Notes: generated by a model not told the origin, from the letters alone. A stretch of DNA of 64,000 bases from Elusimicrobiota bacterium (GCA_031423795.1 JANPGH010000123.1:14206-78205); one strand, 5' to 3'; shown: positions 34,146 to 42,841, counted from the first letter of the stretch. Translations and numbers: made by a program.

Positions 34146-35558
34146 CTAGATCCACCCCAGGTCATCACTAAACGCAATCCGCGGCTCGGTCCTTTGGACG
34201 TTCATCGCCCGAAGCGCCAAGACCAACGCGTCGAGCAAATCGTCGTCGCCGTTGGGAAAGTCCGTCATCTCTCCTTCAAGCTGAGAAACCCACTTGGCGA
34301 ACTCGGGCCGCGGAAGCCGCAACGTCCCATTCTCGACTAAGGGAGCCACGGCGCTGATACGCGCCTCCTTGGGATCGGTCACGGGAACCATCTTAAGCGG
34401 CATGCGCCGAGCCTCTGGATCAACGCGAAGAAGCTGGCCAAAAACGCCTTGATAACCCACCGACTCGGCGACGATGAGGACGGGGTTGAATACCCGCCAG
34501 ATGCGCTTGGCATGGGCGATCTGATCGACGACTCCAATTTGGCCGCGGAAAGCGTCGATGACGAAGGCAGTGCCCGCCTTGTCAAACCCAGCAACGACAT
34601 AAGCGAACTTCGAGGCGTTTTTCTTTTCGCTGATCGCCAAGTCGATTCCCACATACACTCGAAGGCCCTCGGGTATCTTGTCGAATCGGCCGCTTTCGAT
34701 CCATTCGACCCGAAACGTCGAGTCTTCCTGGCCAGTGATGTCATTTAGGAATTGGGTTCGGTAGGCCGAGCTGCCCATGTTGGCCCTGAGGCGATCAAGC
34801 GTCTCGGGCGGGAATTTCTCTGGGAAAAGAATCCTGCGGGTCCCATCGGCTTCCGTCCACTCGCTTCTTTGCTCGATCACTTTCCAGTTCTTAAAACCGG
34901 GATCGGACGCGATTATGCCGGCGAGATCGTCCTTATGCCACCGCGTCATGCAGATCACGATTTTTCCGTTGGGCTCCAAGATCGGCAGGACCGTCTTCTG
35001 AAACCAGGACAGGACTTTCTTGCGTTGAAAAGGCGAGCCGGAGTTTTTCTCGCCTTGAGGATCGTCGATAATGACCAAATCCGAGTGTTGGCTGACGATG
35101 GTGCCGCCCATGCCCGCCACGCTGATGCTGGGCTCTTTCAATATGCGATCGCGCGGGATCGTTATTTTCTCGCTGGTCCAGGTTTCGCTTAAAGTGCCCC
35201 AGTGGCCGTAGGTCTCCTTAAAGCGATCGGTGGATATATGGGCCTTGATTGCCCCTAGAAAATCGCGGGAATTCCCGAGGATCTCGTTGAGCAGGAGCAC
35301 CCTGAGATTTTTGTTCTGGGTCAGGCTCCATAAGGCAAAGGCGACGCTGATGCAACTCGTCTTCATATGGCCTCTGGGACTCAAAAGCAAGACGAATTGA
35401 TGGCGCAGGATTTCCTGGTACCAGCGGAGGTGGAACTCGGTTAAATCCCGATACCCACAAACATCGCGCGCGAAAGTGAAAAGATCGAGCAAGCGGGCCT
35501 GCTCTTGAGCGTCCATGGGAAGCAGCTTGCGGGGATCAGAGTCCATAGTCATAGGCAT
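34146..35558 (-). CDS. terL: phage terminase large subunit
   Basis: ATPase motifs LLLSPRGHMKTS (Walker A-like) and DLVIIDD (Walker B). C-terminal RNaseH-like nuclease motifs VYVGIDLA, AESVGYQ, DDLLDALVLAL. Confidence 0.75.
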   Translation of the reverse strand: MPMTMDSDPRKLLPMDAQEQARLLDLFTFARDVCGYRDLTEFHLRWYQEILRHQFVLLLSPRGHMKTSCISVAFALWSLTQNKNLRVLLLNEILGNSRDFLGAIKAHISTDRFKETYGHWGTLSETWTSEKITIPRDRILKEPSISVAGMGGTIVSQHSDLVIIDDPQGEKNSGSPFQRKKVLSWFQKTVLPILEPNGKIVICMTRWHKDDLAGIIASDPGFKNWKVIEQRSEWTEADGTRRILFPEKFPPETLDRLRANMGSSAYRTQFLNDITGQEDSTFRVEWIESGRFDKIPEGLRVYVGIDLAISEKKNASKFAYVVAGFDKAGTAFVIDAFRGQIGVVDQIAHAKRIWRVFNPVLIVAESVGYQGVFGQLLRVDPEARRMPLKMVPVTDPKEARISAVAPLVENGTLRLPRPEFAKWVSQLEGEMTDFPNGDDDLLDALVLALRAMNVQRTEPRIAFSDDLGWI

Positions 35559-35711
35559 CGCTCCTGGCGCAAAAACTGGCGCAAATTAAATTTTTGGGAT
35601 ACTTGCCCCGATCGGCGACCAAAAATCCCGCTTTTTCCATCAATGGCCCAGGAGCCGATTCTCCGTCGAGAAACGACTGCACCTAATACCCCATTAGGTG
35701 CGGTCAATGGG

Positions 35712-36278
35712 CTAACGTGGCGCATGTTTTTCCTCGCTCGGCGGCGCGTCGTAGGCGCTTGGGCCCGCCTCTGCGGCCTTTTCTAGAGCGGCGCGATCGG
35801 CCTCGTCCAGGCTCTTAACGGGCTCTACCGTTACCTCAACGATTTTGGGAGTCTCGATGACTTCAGACAGCGATCTCTGAAAAATCATCAAGGTTTCCGA
35901 CGCTTTTTGTCTCTCGGGCAGCCGAGGCACAGTCCTGGCAGCCGGCATCAACGTCCTCAGCTTGACTACGGCCTCGATCATGGAAGCCACGTCCCGCGGC
36001 GTGGACTTGGGGGCCAGAGCGATTCCCTGGCGCATATAGCTCTCAAGGACCGCCCAGAACAGCCGCTCGCGTTGGCGGGCGGTGCCGACCTGGGCCGACG
36101 CCTCCACGTTCTGCTCTTTGGCCTCGGCCGGCAACCTTGCGCTTTCCGCGCAGCGCCGCACCGAAGAGCGGGACATTCCTTTCTCTTTGGCCAGCGCCGA
36201 GGGGCTCTCGCCCGCCGCCACCCGGGCTGCGAGTTCGGCTATGAGCTCATTTTGGTATTTGGGTTTTCTGCCTTTCAT
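35712..36278 (-). CDS. HTH protein in the terminase small subunit position
   Basis: N-terminus KPKYQNELIAELAARVAAGESPSALAKEKGMSRSSVRRCAE is helix-turn-helix-like. It lies immediately upstream of terL. The TerS call rests on position only. Confidence 0.4.
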   Translation of the reverse strand: MKGRKPKYQNELIAELAARVAAGESPSALAKEKGMSRSSVRRCAESARLPAEAKEQNVEASAQVGTARQRERLFWAVLESYMRQGIALAPKSTPRDVASMIEAVVKLRTLMPAARTVPRLPERQKASETLMIFQRSLSEVIETPKIVEVTVEPVKSLDEADRAALEKAAEAGPSAYDAPPSEEKHAPR

Positions 36279-36317
36279 GTTTTGTTGCCTCCTCTAGGTT
36301 TATGAGCCAGCATCCTC

Positions 36318-36584
36318 TCAAGGCAGAAGATCGGTCTTGTCTGCCTTGAACCAGATTTCTTGGCAGCCGCCGCAGACTAAAACCAGGCGGTAGAGATCAG
36401 TGACTCGGCGATAGATCATGTGTACGCGCCAATCCCGGCTTCCACAGTTGCAGACAACCTGGGCCGGGTTTTCATCATAGGGCCACCGCTCTGTTGACTT
36501 GGTCGGCTTCAAATCCGGCATAGGACCACTGCTAGATTCAACAATCACGAGTCTTTTCATGCCGAACACCATTTCGTCTTTCAT
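36318..36584 (-). CDS. small Cys-pair (zinc-ribbon-like) protein
   Basis: VVCNCGSRDW...LVCGGCQEIW. Overlaps the upstream gene by 4 nt. Confidence 0.45.
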   Translation of the reverse strand: MKDEMVFGMKRLVIVESSSGPMPDLKPTKSTERWPYDENPAQVVCNCGSRDWRVHMIYRRVTDLYRLVLVCGGCQEIWFKADKTDLLP

Positions 36585-36982
36585 GACTTACCTCCGTTTT
36601 TATTTATTTTTTTGCCTTCTGTAGGTCTTACGTCAAACCAGGGCATAAACGTAACTTTGTCCTGTTTTTTAGAAAGCACGACGCCCACGCGCTTGCTTCC
36701 CACCTGCCACAGCCGGCCGGCGCCAAGCGGCGTGGCGACAGTCTTGTTCACAAAAGGATAAAGGCGCGCTGGACCTTGGCCGAATTTCGCCTCGCATTCG
36801 CGGCTCTCAGCCGGCCACGGAATGCCCAGGTAAGCCAAGACCTCCGCTTTGCGGCTCTTGATCTCGGCCGGCAACTCGGCGGCCTGGGACGGAGCGCAGG
36901 CGTGGGCACACTTGTAGCGAAGCGCGCCATCGTGGATGGAGAGGCAATAGCCCAGCTCGCGGAGCGCCTCGACAACTCTCAT
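36581..36982 (-). CDS. hypothetical protein (133 aa)
   Basis: ATGA overlap with the primase gene stop. No recognisable family. Confidence 0.45.
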   Translation of the reverse strand: MRVVEALRELGYCLSIHDGALRYKCAHACAPSQAAELPAEIKSRKAEVLAYLGIPWPAESRECEAKFGQGPARLYPFVNKTVATPLGAGRLWQVGSKRVGVVLSKKQDKVTFMPWFDVRPTEGKKINKNGGKS

Positions 36983-39900
36983 AGCGAGCCCTCCATGAGA
37001 TCGAGCTCGGCTTGACCCTCGGCCGGTGAACCTGGTGAACCTGCGGGCATAGGTTCACTCTGAGGTTCACTTTGAAATTCCGATTTATTTTCCAGGTGAA
37101 AACCGTTAGTCAGTGAACCTGGTGAACCTGTTTGGCACTCACCGTTTCCTCCCGGTATATATATTTCTTTTTCATGAGGAAAAATCTCCTCGCCTCGTGC
37201 ATATGGGTTGGAAAAAGGTTCACTAGGTTCACCGTCATCGGATAGCATTGGATTTACAATCACTTTTTTAGGTGAACCTATCGGTGAACCTGGGGTGAAC
37301 CTCGCCGGAGGTTCACCTACGGGCGTCGCCTCGGCCTGACTGGGCATGGCTACAAGCCGCCATTTCTTGGCCCGCTGGCGCTCCCCGACCAAAACGATCC
37401 GCAAGCTCTCGAACTGGCGGTCGCGCAGCTTGACCAATTCCTGGCCCAACTTCGTCTTTTGAGCTTTTTCGGTACCCTTGCCGAGGTCGATAGGCTCGTC
37501 CAAAGCATTCGCCAGCTCAAAGAGCTCGGAAACGCCGACCTCTTGGTCGCCGAACTTCTCCCACCAAACTTTCACGAATCCGCGCCAGATGGCTCCCTCG
37601 AAATCCGAGTTCGAATAAAGATCGGCGAGGTTGCCCAAGAATCCCTTGATCCCAGCCACCTCGAGAATCCCGCCCATGATCCGACTCCAAGAATCGAACA
37701 TTCCAAGGGCCTGGCCTTTCCAAAGCGGGCGACCGGCCGCAAACCAGGCTCGAATCAAAGTCAGCGCCGACCAAAGAAGCTCCGCTCGGTGCTCCCTGAC
37801 CCAGCTGCGCAGATCCGGATGCCGGAATCCTTGCCTGAGCCATGGACAGTCCACCTTGGCGTCCAGGCGAATGCGGACGGTTCGACGGGATACCTCATGC
37901 GACAGCGAGGCATTATTTCCACTCGCAATCCAAACCGCTCGCACCGGAAGGCGGATAATCTTGGACTGGCCCAGGATTCGGTCCTCCCAAAAAGAGCAGG
38001 TCAGCGCCGATGAAAACGCCGCCGAGTCCAGACGTCGTCTTAGGTTGTCGATGACGATGATGCTGGGCAGCCCCATCAATTTCGAAGAAATCCTCTTTCG
38101 CATCTCGTCCTCATCGCGGCCCTCGGTCATCAAGGCCGGCCAGCGGCCCAAGGCGATGTAAGCCAGGACCTCCGTTAAAAGGCCCTTGCCGGTCCCCGGC
38201 GAGGGAGCCTCGATGAGGTGCAGCGGGGTGGGGCCGTCGATCAATTCTCGTATCAACGGCAGAAGGACAATGGCTATCGCATGAGCTAGCTCGGAATCGC
38301 TGACGAACGGGAAATCCCAAAGCAGATCCCTGATCAAGCCGGTCGCCTTTTCGATCTCAGATGATGTCGGCCGATCGGAAACGGGCGGCAGGGAAAATCC
38401 AGGCAGCGGCGCGTAATATGTGCGGCCAAGTTCGTGATAGCCGGGCGTTGATTGCAGGCTGCCGTTGTTGAAAAAGACGGGGAATTCGATGATTCGATTT
38501 AAGATCGGTAGCGGAGGGTTAGGATCAGCCAGCATGTCGCGAACCATATCCATCGGCGGAGGGACAGGAATGATGCTCTCCTCCTCGCCCTTCTTTTTGA
38601 TGATGAAGAAATGCGCGGCACGAGCCAACGCATGCCGCGTCCGGTCGAGGTTGAGATCTCGGGATATCTCGATACTCTCGTCGTCCCTCTCGATGCGCAT
38701 CAAGAGGCCCCCGCAGCGGAAGTAACGCTCCGGCCGGTTGGCCTTGTTTAGAGCCCTCCAAGCCTTCGCCGCGGTCCGTTTAAGCTCGCCATCCTCGGCA
38801 GAGATCCAAGGGAGATCGTCGCCCTGTTCTGCGAACTCGGAATCATCTTGAGAACCGCCGGGGATGGATTGATGTCGGGGCTCCTTGGCCTTTTCCTTTT
38901 CCAGCCGCCTCTGCTCGGAGAGAACCTGGTCTAGGAGCTTGGGCTTAAGGCCGGTGATTTTCTCGATTTCTTCAAGAGCCCGCTTGCGCTCAAGGGCGGG
39001 GCAACGCACGAGGCGGCCGATCGCCTCCGTCAGAAGCGCGTTGCGCTCCTTTTCATCCGCGGCCGCGGGCCACTTTTCCTTAATGGTCGCCAGCTCCGCG
39101 TCCACATCGACCGGCGGCTGCTCCGGCGCTTTCTTGACGCCATCGCGCTCACGCCACAATCCCAACGACTTCAAGACGCCTTTCTTGTGCCGGTCCCAGC
39201 CGATCACGTCCTTAAAATCTTTCCAGTGAGCGTTGCTGTCGTGCTTGCAGGAGGCCGAGTAGCGGCCATCGGCCTCGACCATGACGCAGCACTCAAAAGT
39301 GTGGCCGTCGTCATCTTTGTGGTGAGGGCATTTCTCAAAAATGAAAAGCGTCCGCCCGCCTTTCTCTTCTTTTCGAAAGCCAAAACCGGATAGAGTCAGA
39401 ACACCTTCCAAAACCGCGAGACCCTCCTCGCGCGTCCAGGAGCGTTTGCCGTCGGAAGTTGGCGCGGCAGGTTGAACAGAAGAAGGCTTTGGCTTCTGCC
39501 GCTCCTTGAGTTCTTGACGATACGCATCCAGTACGTCCTTGAGTTTGGCGAAGAGGTCGATGTCTTCCGGGGCCGCATTGGGATCGATGCTCGCCCAGCG
39601 ATGCGGCCGCTTGCCCACCAGGTTGGCGCCTTTTACGTTCAACGTGCCATAAAGCCGCAGGATGCGCGCGGGATTAAAGATGGTCGTATCCACCTTGGCT
39701 TGGCCCGTGTTGAAATGTTCCGCAAGCCAGTGAAGCAGGAGCTTCGACTCTTCCGCGGCCCGGGCCAGGTCCTCGCCTTTGTAAGGAATGGTCGGAATGA
39801 GCAGGTGATAGCCGTTGCCCGAGTCCGCCCAGATCGCCTCGATCCCGTTTTCCAAGAACCACTCTCTGACCTTCTGGGCGACCAAAAAAGCGCCTTGTTT

Positions 39901-40425
39901 TTCCTCGTCGCTGGCTGAAATTTGACTTTTGCGCTCGGGATCGACATCTACGCCGAACATGTCATATGCGACGATGTCCGCATCCGAGGTGGTCTGCTCG
40001 GCATACTTGATGCAGTTCGCCACACGGCCAAGAAGATCGGGGTCGACAGGTCGTAGACTGAAATAGATATTGGCTTCGCCGATCCGCGGGTAATCCCCGT
40101 AGGGAAGTTTTGATCTAGGCGAGATAGATAGCGGCTGGATCGCTTTGATGAGCTCACGCCAATGATCCTTGTCAAAATAACCACACCACACAGCCTTCTT
40201 TCCGCCGGACCCACCAAGGATGCGTACTTCAGTGACGCCGCCGTGCGCGTCGTGCCGGGCCGTGATCCACTGCACAAATGGAATAAGGCTCTCCCGGCAT
40301 GCGGGAGACTCCAGGTACAGCTTGGTTTCACCGACTGGTTCTTTCATCATTTTTCCTGTCCCAACAAAAAGGCGCTGCCCCCCGGCCTTTAGGCCGGAGT
40401 GGCAGCGCCTCGGTTTTCCCGACAA
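36979..40425 (-). CDS. primase-polymerase (AEP) fused to a P-loop helicase-like domain; replication initiator
   Basis: AEP motifs FGVDVD, SGNGYHLLI and NPARILRLYGTLNVKG. Cys/His cluster CPHHKDDDGHTFEC...CKH. P-loop-like APSPGTGKG and Walker-B-like SIIVIDN. The C-terminal tail is encoded by the iteron array. Confidence 0.7.
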   Translation of the reverse strand: MSGKPRRCHSGLKAGGQRLFVGTGKMMKEPVGETKLYLESPACRESLIPFVQWITARHDAHGGVTEVRILGGSGGKKAVWCGYFDKDHWRELIKAIQPLSISPRSKLPYGDYPRIGEANIYFSLRPVDPDLLGRVANCIKYAEQTTSDADIVAYDMFGVDVDPERKSQISASDEEKQGAFLVAQKVREWFLENGIEAIWADSGNGYHLLIPTIPYKGEDLARAAEESKLLLHWLAEHFNTGQAKVDTTIFNPARILRLYGTLNVKGANLVGKRPHRWASIDPNAAPEDIDLFAKLKDVLDAYRQELKERQKPKPSSVQPAAPTSDGKRSWTREEGLAVLEGVLTLSGFGFRKEEKGGRTLFIFEKCPHHKDDDGHTFECCVMVEADGRYSASCKHDSNAHWKDFKDVIGWDRHKKGVLKSLGLWRERDGVKKAPEQPPVDVDAELATIKEKWPAAADEKERNALLTEAIGRLVRCPALERKRALEEIEKITGLKPKLLDQVLSEQRRLEKEKAKEPRHQSIPGGSQDDSEFAEQGDDLPWISAEDGELKRTAAKAWRALNKANRPERYFRCGGLLMRIERDDESIEISRDLNLDRTRHALARAAHFFIIKKKGEEESIIPVPPPMDMVRDMLADPNPPLPILNRIIEFPVFFNNGSLQSTPGYHELGRTYYAPLPGFSLPPVSDRPTSSEIEKATGLIRDLLWDFPFVSDSELAHAIAIVLLPLIRELIDGPTPLHLIEAPSPGTGKGLLTEVLAYIALGRWPALMTEGRDEDEMRKRISSKLMGLPSIIVIDNLRRRLDSAAFSSALTCSFWEDRILGQSKIIRLPVRAVWIASGNNASLSHEVSRRTVRIRLDAKVDCPWLRQGFRHPDLRSWVREHRAELLWSALTLIRAWFAAGRPLWKGQALGMFDSWSRIMGGILEVAGIKGFLGNLADLYSNSDFEGAIWRGFVKVWWEKFGDQEVGVSELFELANALDEPIDLGKGTEKAQKTKLGQELVKLRDRQFESLRIVLVGERQRAKKWRLVAMPSQAEATPVGEPPARFTPGSPIGSPKKVIVNPMLSDDGEPSEPFSNPYARGEEIFPHEKEIYIPGGNGECQTGSPGSLTNGFHLENKSEFQSEPQSEPMPAGSPGSPAEGQAELDLMEGSL
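37025..37317. repeat. iteron array (GGTGAACCT / AGGTTCACC) flanking an AT-rich tract: candidate replication origin
   Basis: Twelve copies of the core GTGAACCT/AGGTTCAC, starting at 37025, 37034, 37051, 37063, 37112, 37121, 37216, 37225, 37271, 37283, 37294 and 37309, plus a degenerate copy at 37095. Both orientations occur. An AT-rich stretch gtatatatatttctttttcatgaggaaaaatc at 37155..37186 lies between the two iteron clusters. Confidence 0.7.
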
Positions 40426-40435
40426 CGCTATTGCT

Positions 40436-40615
40436 TTACGAGTTTTTCAGTGTTTCCGCTTCGAAGTCGTGCATTTTCAGTGTCTCTTCGATCTTGACAT
40501 GGACAATTTTTCCGTTCTCCCAACAGAGGATGGTCTTGCCAAAAAAGCGCTTCGCGCGCGTACGCCGAATCCATTTCAGAAGCAGCTCATCGGTGATATG
40601 CGAGTTTCCATTCAT
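40436..40615 (-). CDS. small hypothetical protein (59 aa, YezD/DUF2292-like pattern)
   Basis: MNGNSHITDELLLKWIRRTRAKRFFGKTILCWENGKIVHVKIEETLK... The internal ATG was chosen so that the ORF does not overlap 40636..40929. Confidence 0.35.
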   Translation of the reverse strand: MNGNSHITDELLLKWIRRTRAKRFFGKTILCWENGKIVHVKIEETLKMHDFEAETLKNS

Positions 40616-40635
40616 GGCTATCTTCACGCTAATTC

Positions 40636-40929
40636 TTACGCGCAAGCCTCGGACCTGAAAACCTCGACCTTGAAAGAATCGCGCCCCATCGTCTTCCTCA
40701 GCGATTCCAAGAAAAGTCGGATTAGGTACTCCCCGCAACCCGGCTGCCCCTCGATGATCCAGCCAGGATTTCGGCCAGAGCGCATCATCCCGACTTCCTG
40801 AAGGCGCTTCCTCCCAAACAATGGCTCGACCGTGGCGCAGGCCTCGGCCAAGAGCCGCGAGGCGAGCTTGAGGTCCGCCGCGCTCTTAAATCGAATGCCG
40901 TAGAGCTCCGCCTCCGTCTTCATCGTCAT
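40636..40929 (-). CDS. hypothetical protein (97 aa)
   Basis: ATG is preceded by AAGGGGGA. No recognisable family. Confidence 0.4.
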   Translation of the reverse strand: MTMKTEAELYGIRFKSAADLKLASRLLAEACATVEPLFGRKRLQEVGMMRSGRNPGWIIEGQPGCGEYLIRLFLESLRKTMGRDSFKVEVFRSEACA

Positions 40930-40994
40930 GATTCCCCCTTGCCCGTCCTAACTTTCACACTCCGCTTCATTTCGCTACCCTAATCGGCAAAAAA

Positions 40995-41888
40995 TTATTC
41001 TAACTGATGCGCCAAATGAAGGGCTTGGTACCGCGTTGGCGTATTGAGCGGCAGCATTGCCCCCGTGTCCAGCTTCTCCTTTTGCCGGCCCCGGGCGATC
41101 AGCCCGCAGAATCGGCTGGTCATGAGCTGGGATAAATAGGCCTGCGCCGCGCTGAACGTGCAGGTCGTCAAGGGAACATTTCGATGAGCCGCCACGCATT
41201 CCTCCCAATGTATCCGTTGAATCACATGATCCAACTCGTCGCGGCACTTGATGGCGTAATCAGGTCCGACCTTGATCTTGCCCCCGGAACGAGCGTAACA
41301 AACGAGATCCAACGCTTTTAGGAATCCGGAAAAATACCCGAACTGGGTCGTGCGCAGCGCCTCTTCTATTTTCTCGTGAGCCCGCTGCTGAACTACTAAT
41401 CCCCAGGTGTAATCGGCGAGACTGATCATCAGGGTCAGATAATAGAGGTTCGCGGCCTCGTGTCCCAGGTCAGCGTCCGTCTTCTCCCGCTGCGGCGCCA
41501 GCTCGTGAAGCTCCTTAAGCATCTTGAGAAATAGATCGAAAAAGCCGTCCAGGTACTCGGCCAGCAGTTTGTGCACGGCCTTCTTGAATTCAGGCTCCGA
41601 GGCCCATTTTCTCTCCAAGGTATAGCTGCTCTCGATTCTTTCCGCGAGCAGCTTATGGCTGCGAAGAGTCCAGTTGCCGAGGACCAGCATGAGCACTTGC
41701 GCCATGAATTTCTTTTTGGGGACCGGGCGCTTCTCATCGCGCGGGATGCCCTTGCGCTCGGGCTCCGCGTAGTTCTGGCATTTCTTAAAGGTCCACTCCA
41801 CGAGATCGAATCGCAGCACGAACTCCTCGCGGCTGAGAAACGGTCGCGGAGGATTAAGGCGCGTCATCCGATCCATCACATCTACCAT
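40995..41888 (-). CDS. hypothetical all-helical protein (298 aa)
   Basis: The start was moved to ATG 41888 (MVDVMDRMTRL...), immediately downstream of its own promoter. The track ORF start at 41984 would overlap the XerD-like gene. Confidence 0.5.
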   Translation of the reverse strand: MVDVMDRMTRLNPPRPFLSREEFVLRFDLVEWTFKKCQNYAEPERKGIPRDEKRPVPKKKFMAQVLMLVLGNWTLRSHKLLAERIESSYTLERKWASEPEFKKAVHKLLAEYLDGFFDLFLKMLKELHELAPQREKTDADLGHEAANLYYLTLMISLADYTWGLVVQQRAHEKIEEALRTTQFGYFSGFLKALDLVCYARSGGKIKVGPDYAIKCRDELDHVIQRIHWEECVAAHRNVPLTTCTFSAAQAYLSQLMTSRFCGLIARGRQKEKLDTGAMLPLNTPTRYQALHLAHQLE

Positions 41889-41898
41889 GGTAGCAATA

Positions 41899-41926
41899 TT
41901 ATTACAGATGTTAATATAGTTGTCAA
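41899..41926 (-). promoter_or_regulatory. strong promoter in an AT-rich island (TTGACA-16-TAATAA / TGtAATAAT)
   Basis: The minus strand reads TTGACAACTATATTAACATCTGTAATAATATTGCTACCATG. The ATG lies 9-10 nt after the -10, giving a leader of 0-3 nt. Confidence 0.5.
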
Positions 41927-41956
41927 GGGCTTTTGCGAACCGTTTTTCTGCAAGGA

Positions 41957-42841
41957 TCAGAACCGCGGATGCGCCCGCTCGCAAGTCTCACGCATAAAGG
42001 CGGCGCTTACATGGGTGTATCTTTGAGTCGAGGTCACACTCCGATGCCCTAAAATTTCCTGCACGACCCTGAGGCTTGCTCCCCCTTCGAGGAGCCGTGT
42101 CGCCGCACTGTGGCGGATTTTGTGGGGATGCACGCCATCCTTGAGTCCCGCTCGGCGCGCAAGCTCCCGGAGCTGACACCAGAAGTCCGTCCTTGAAATC
42201 GGCCGGCCGCGATAGCTTAGAAACAGAATCTCCCGCTCTCCGGGAAAGTGTTTCTGCCTTGAGGACAGGTACTTTGTCAGAGCTTCTTGAGCACGCGGAC
42301 CCAGGGGCAAAACCCTCTCGCGCCCGCCTTTGCCATGCACGCGGACCCAGCCTTCCTCCATATTAAGCTGATCCAACTTTAGGTTGGCCATTTCGGAAAC
42401 CCTCATACCAGTCGTGTAGAGCATCTGAAGCGCAGCGCGAGTCCGCACGAGATGAAACTTGTCGCCCGTGGGCATCGCCAGAAGTTTTTCCATATCGACA
42501 CTGGTCAAGGGCTCGGGCAAGCGCTGCTTATACTTCGGCAAGCTCATGCCGGCAGTTGGGTCGCAAGCAGCCGCTCCTCGATCCCTGAGAAAACGATGAA
42601 ATTGGCGGACAGCGATTGCCGCGGAAAAAACGCTCGCGCTTCTTAACCCATCGTTCTTGCGCCGCTCGAGGTAAGCCAGGACGTCCTCACGGCCGGCTGA
42701 ACAAACCTCGAGTTGCCGCGCCGCCAGGAATTTGAGGTAGCTCCTGATCTGATAGCGATATGAAGACCAGGTGCGCGGAGACAGATTACGCTCCACATTA
42801 AGATAGCGAATGAATTCATCCAACAGGCTCCCATCGCTCAT
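41957..42841 (-). CDS. XerC/XerD-family tyrosine recombinase
   Basis: N-terminal SAM-like domain (FIRYLNVERNLSPRTWSSYRYQIRSYLKFL). Catalytic residues in context: TGMRVSE...HKIRHSAATRLLEGG...LGHRSVTSTQRYTHV. Confidence 0.8.
   Translation of the reverse strand: MSDGSLLDEFIRYLNVERNLSPRTWSSYRYQIRSYLKFLAARQLEVCSAGREDVLAYLERRKNDGLRSASVFSAAIAVRQFHRFLRDRGAAACDPTAGMSLPKYKQRLPEPLTSVDMEKLLAMPTGDKFHLVRTRAALQMLYTTGMRVSEMANLKLDQLNMEEGWVRVHGKGGRERVLPLGPRAQEALTKYLSSRQKHFPGEREILFLSYRGRPISRTDFWCQLRELARRAGLKDGVHPHKIRHSAATRLLEGGASLRVVQEILGHRSVTSTQRYTHVSAAFMRETCERAHPRF

Larger units (their letters stand above)
31636..42841. mobile_element. integrative element abutting tRNA-Asp (serine recombinase, TerS-like/TerL, PrimPol-helicase with ori iterons, XerD-like recombinase); right boundary uncertain
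   Basis: All genes are on the minus strand and many are translationally coupled. The recombinase ORF terminates inside the tRNA. Replication and packaging genes are present, but no portal, capsid or tail genes. Confidence 0.55.

Noticed and set aside
37025-37317. Possibility that the short-repeat array is a CRISPR or a tandem-repeat (VNTR) locus.
   Set aside because: The repeat unit is only 8-9 bp, occurs in both orientations with irregular spacing, and lies inside a replication gene next to an AT-rich tract. No cas genes are present. This fits iterons, not CRISPR.
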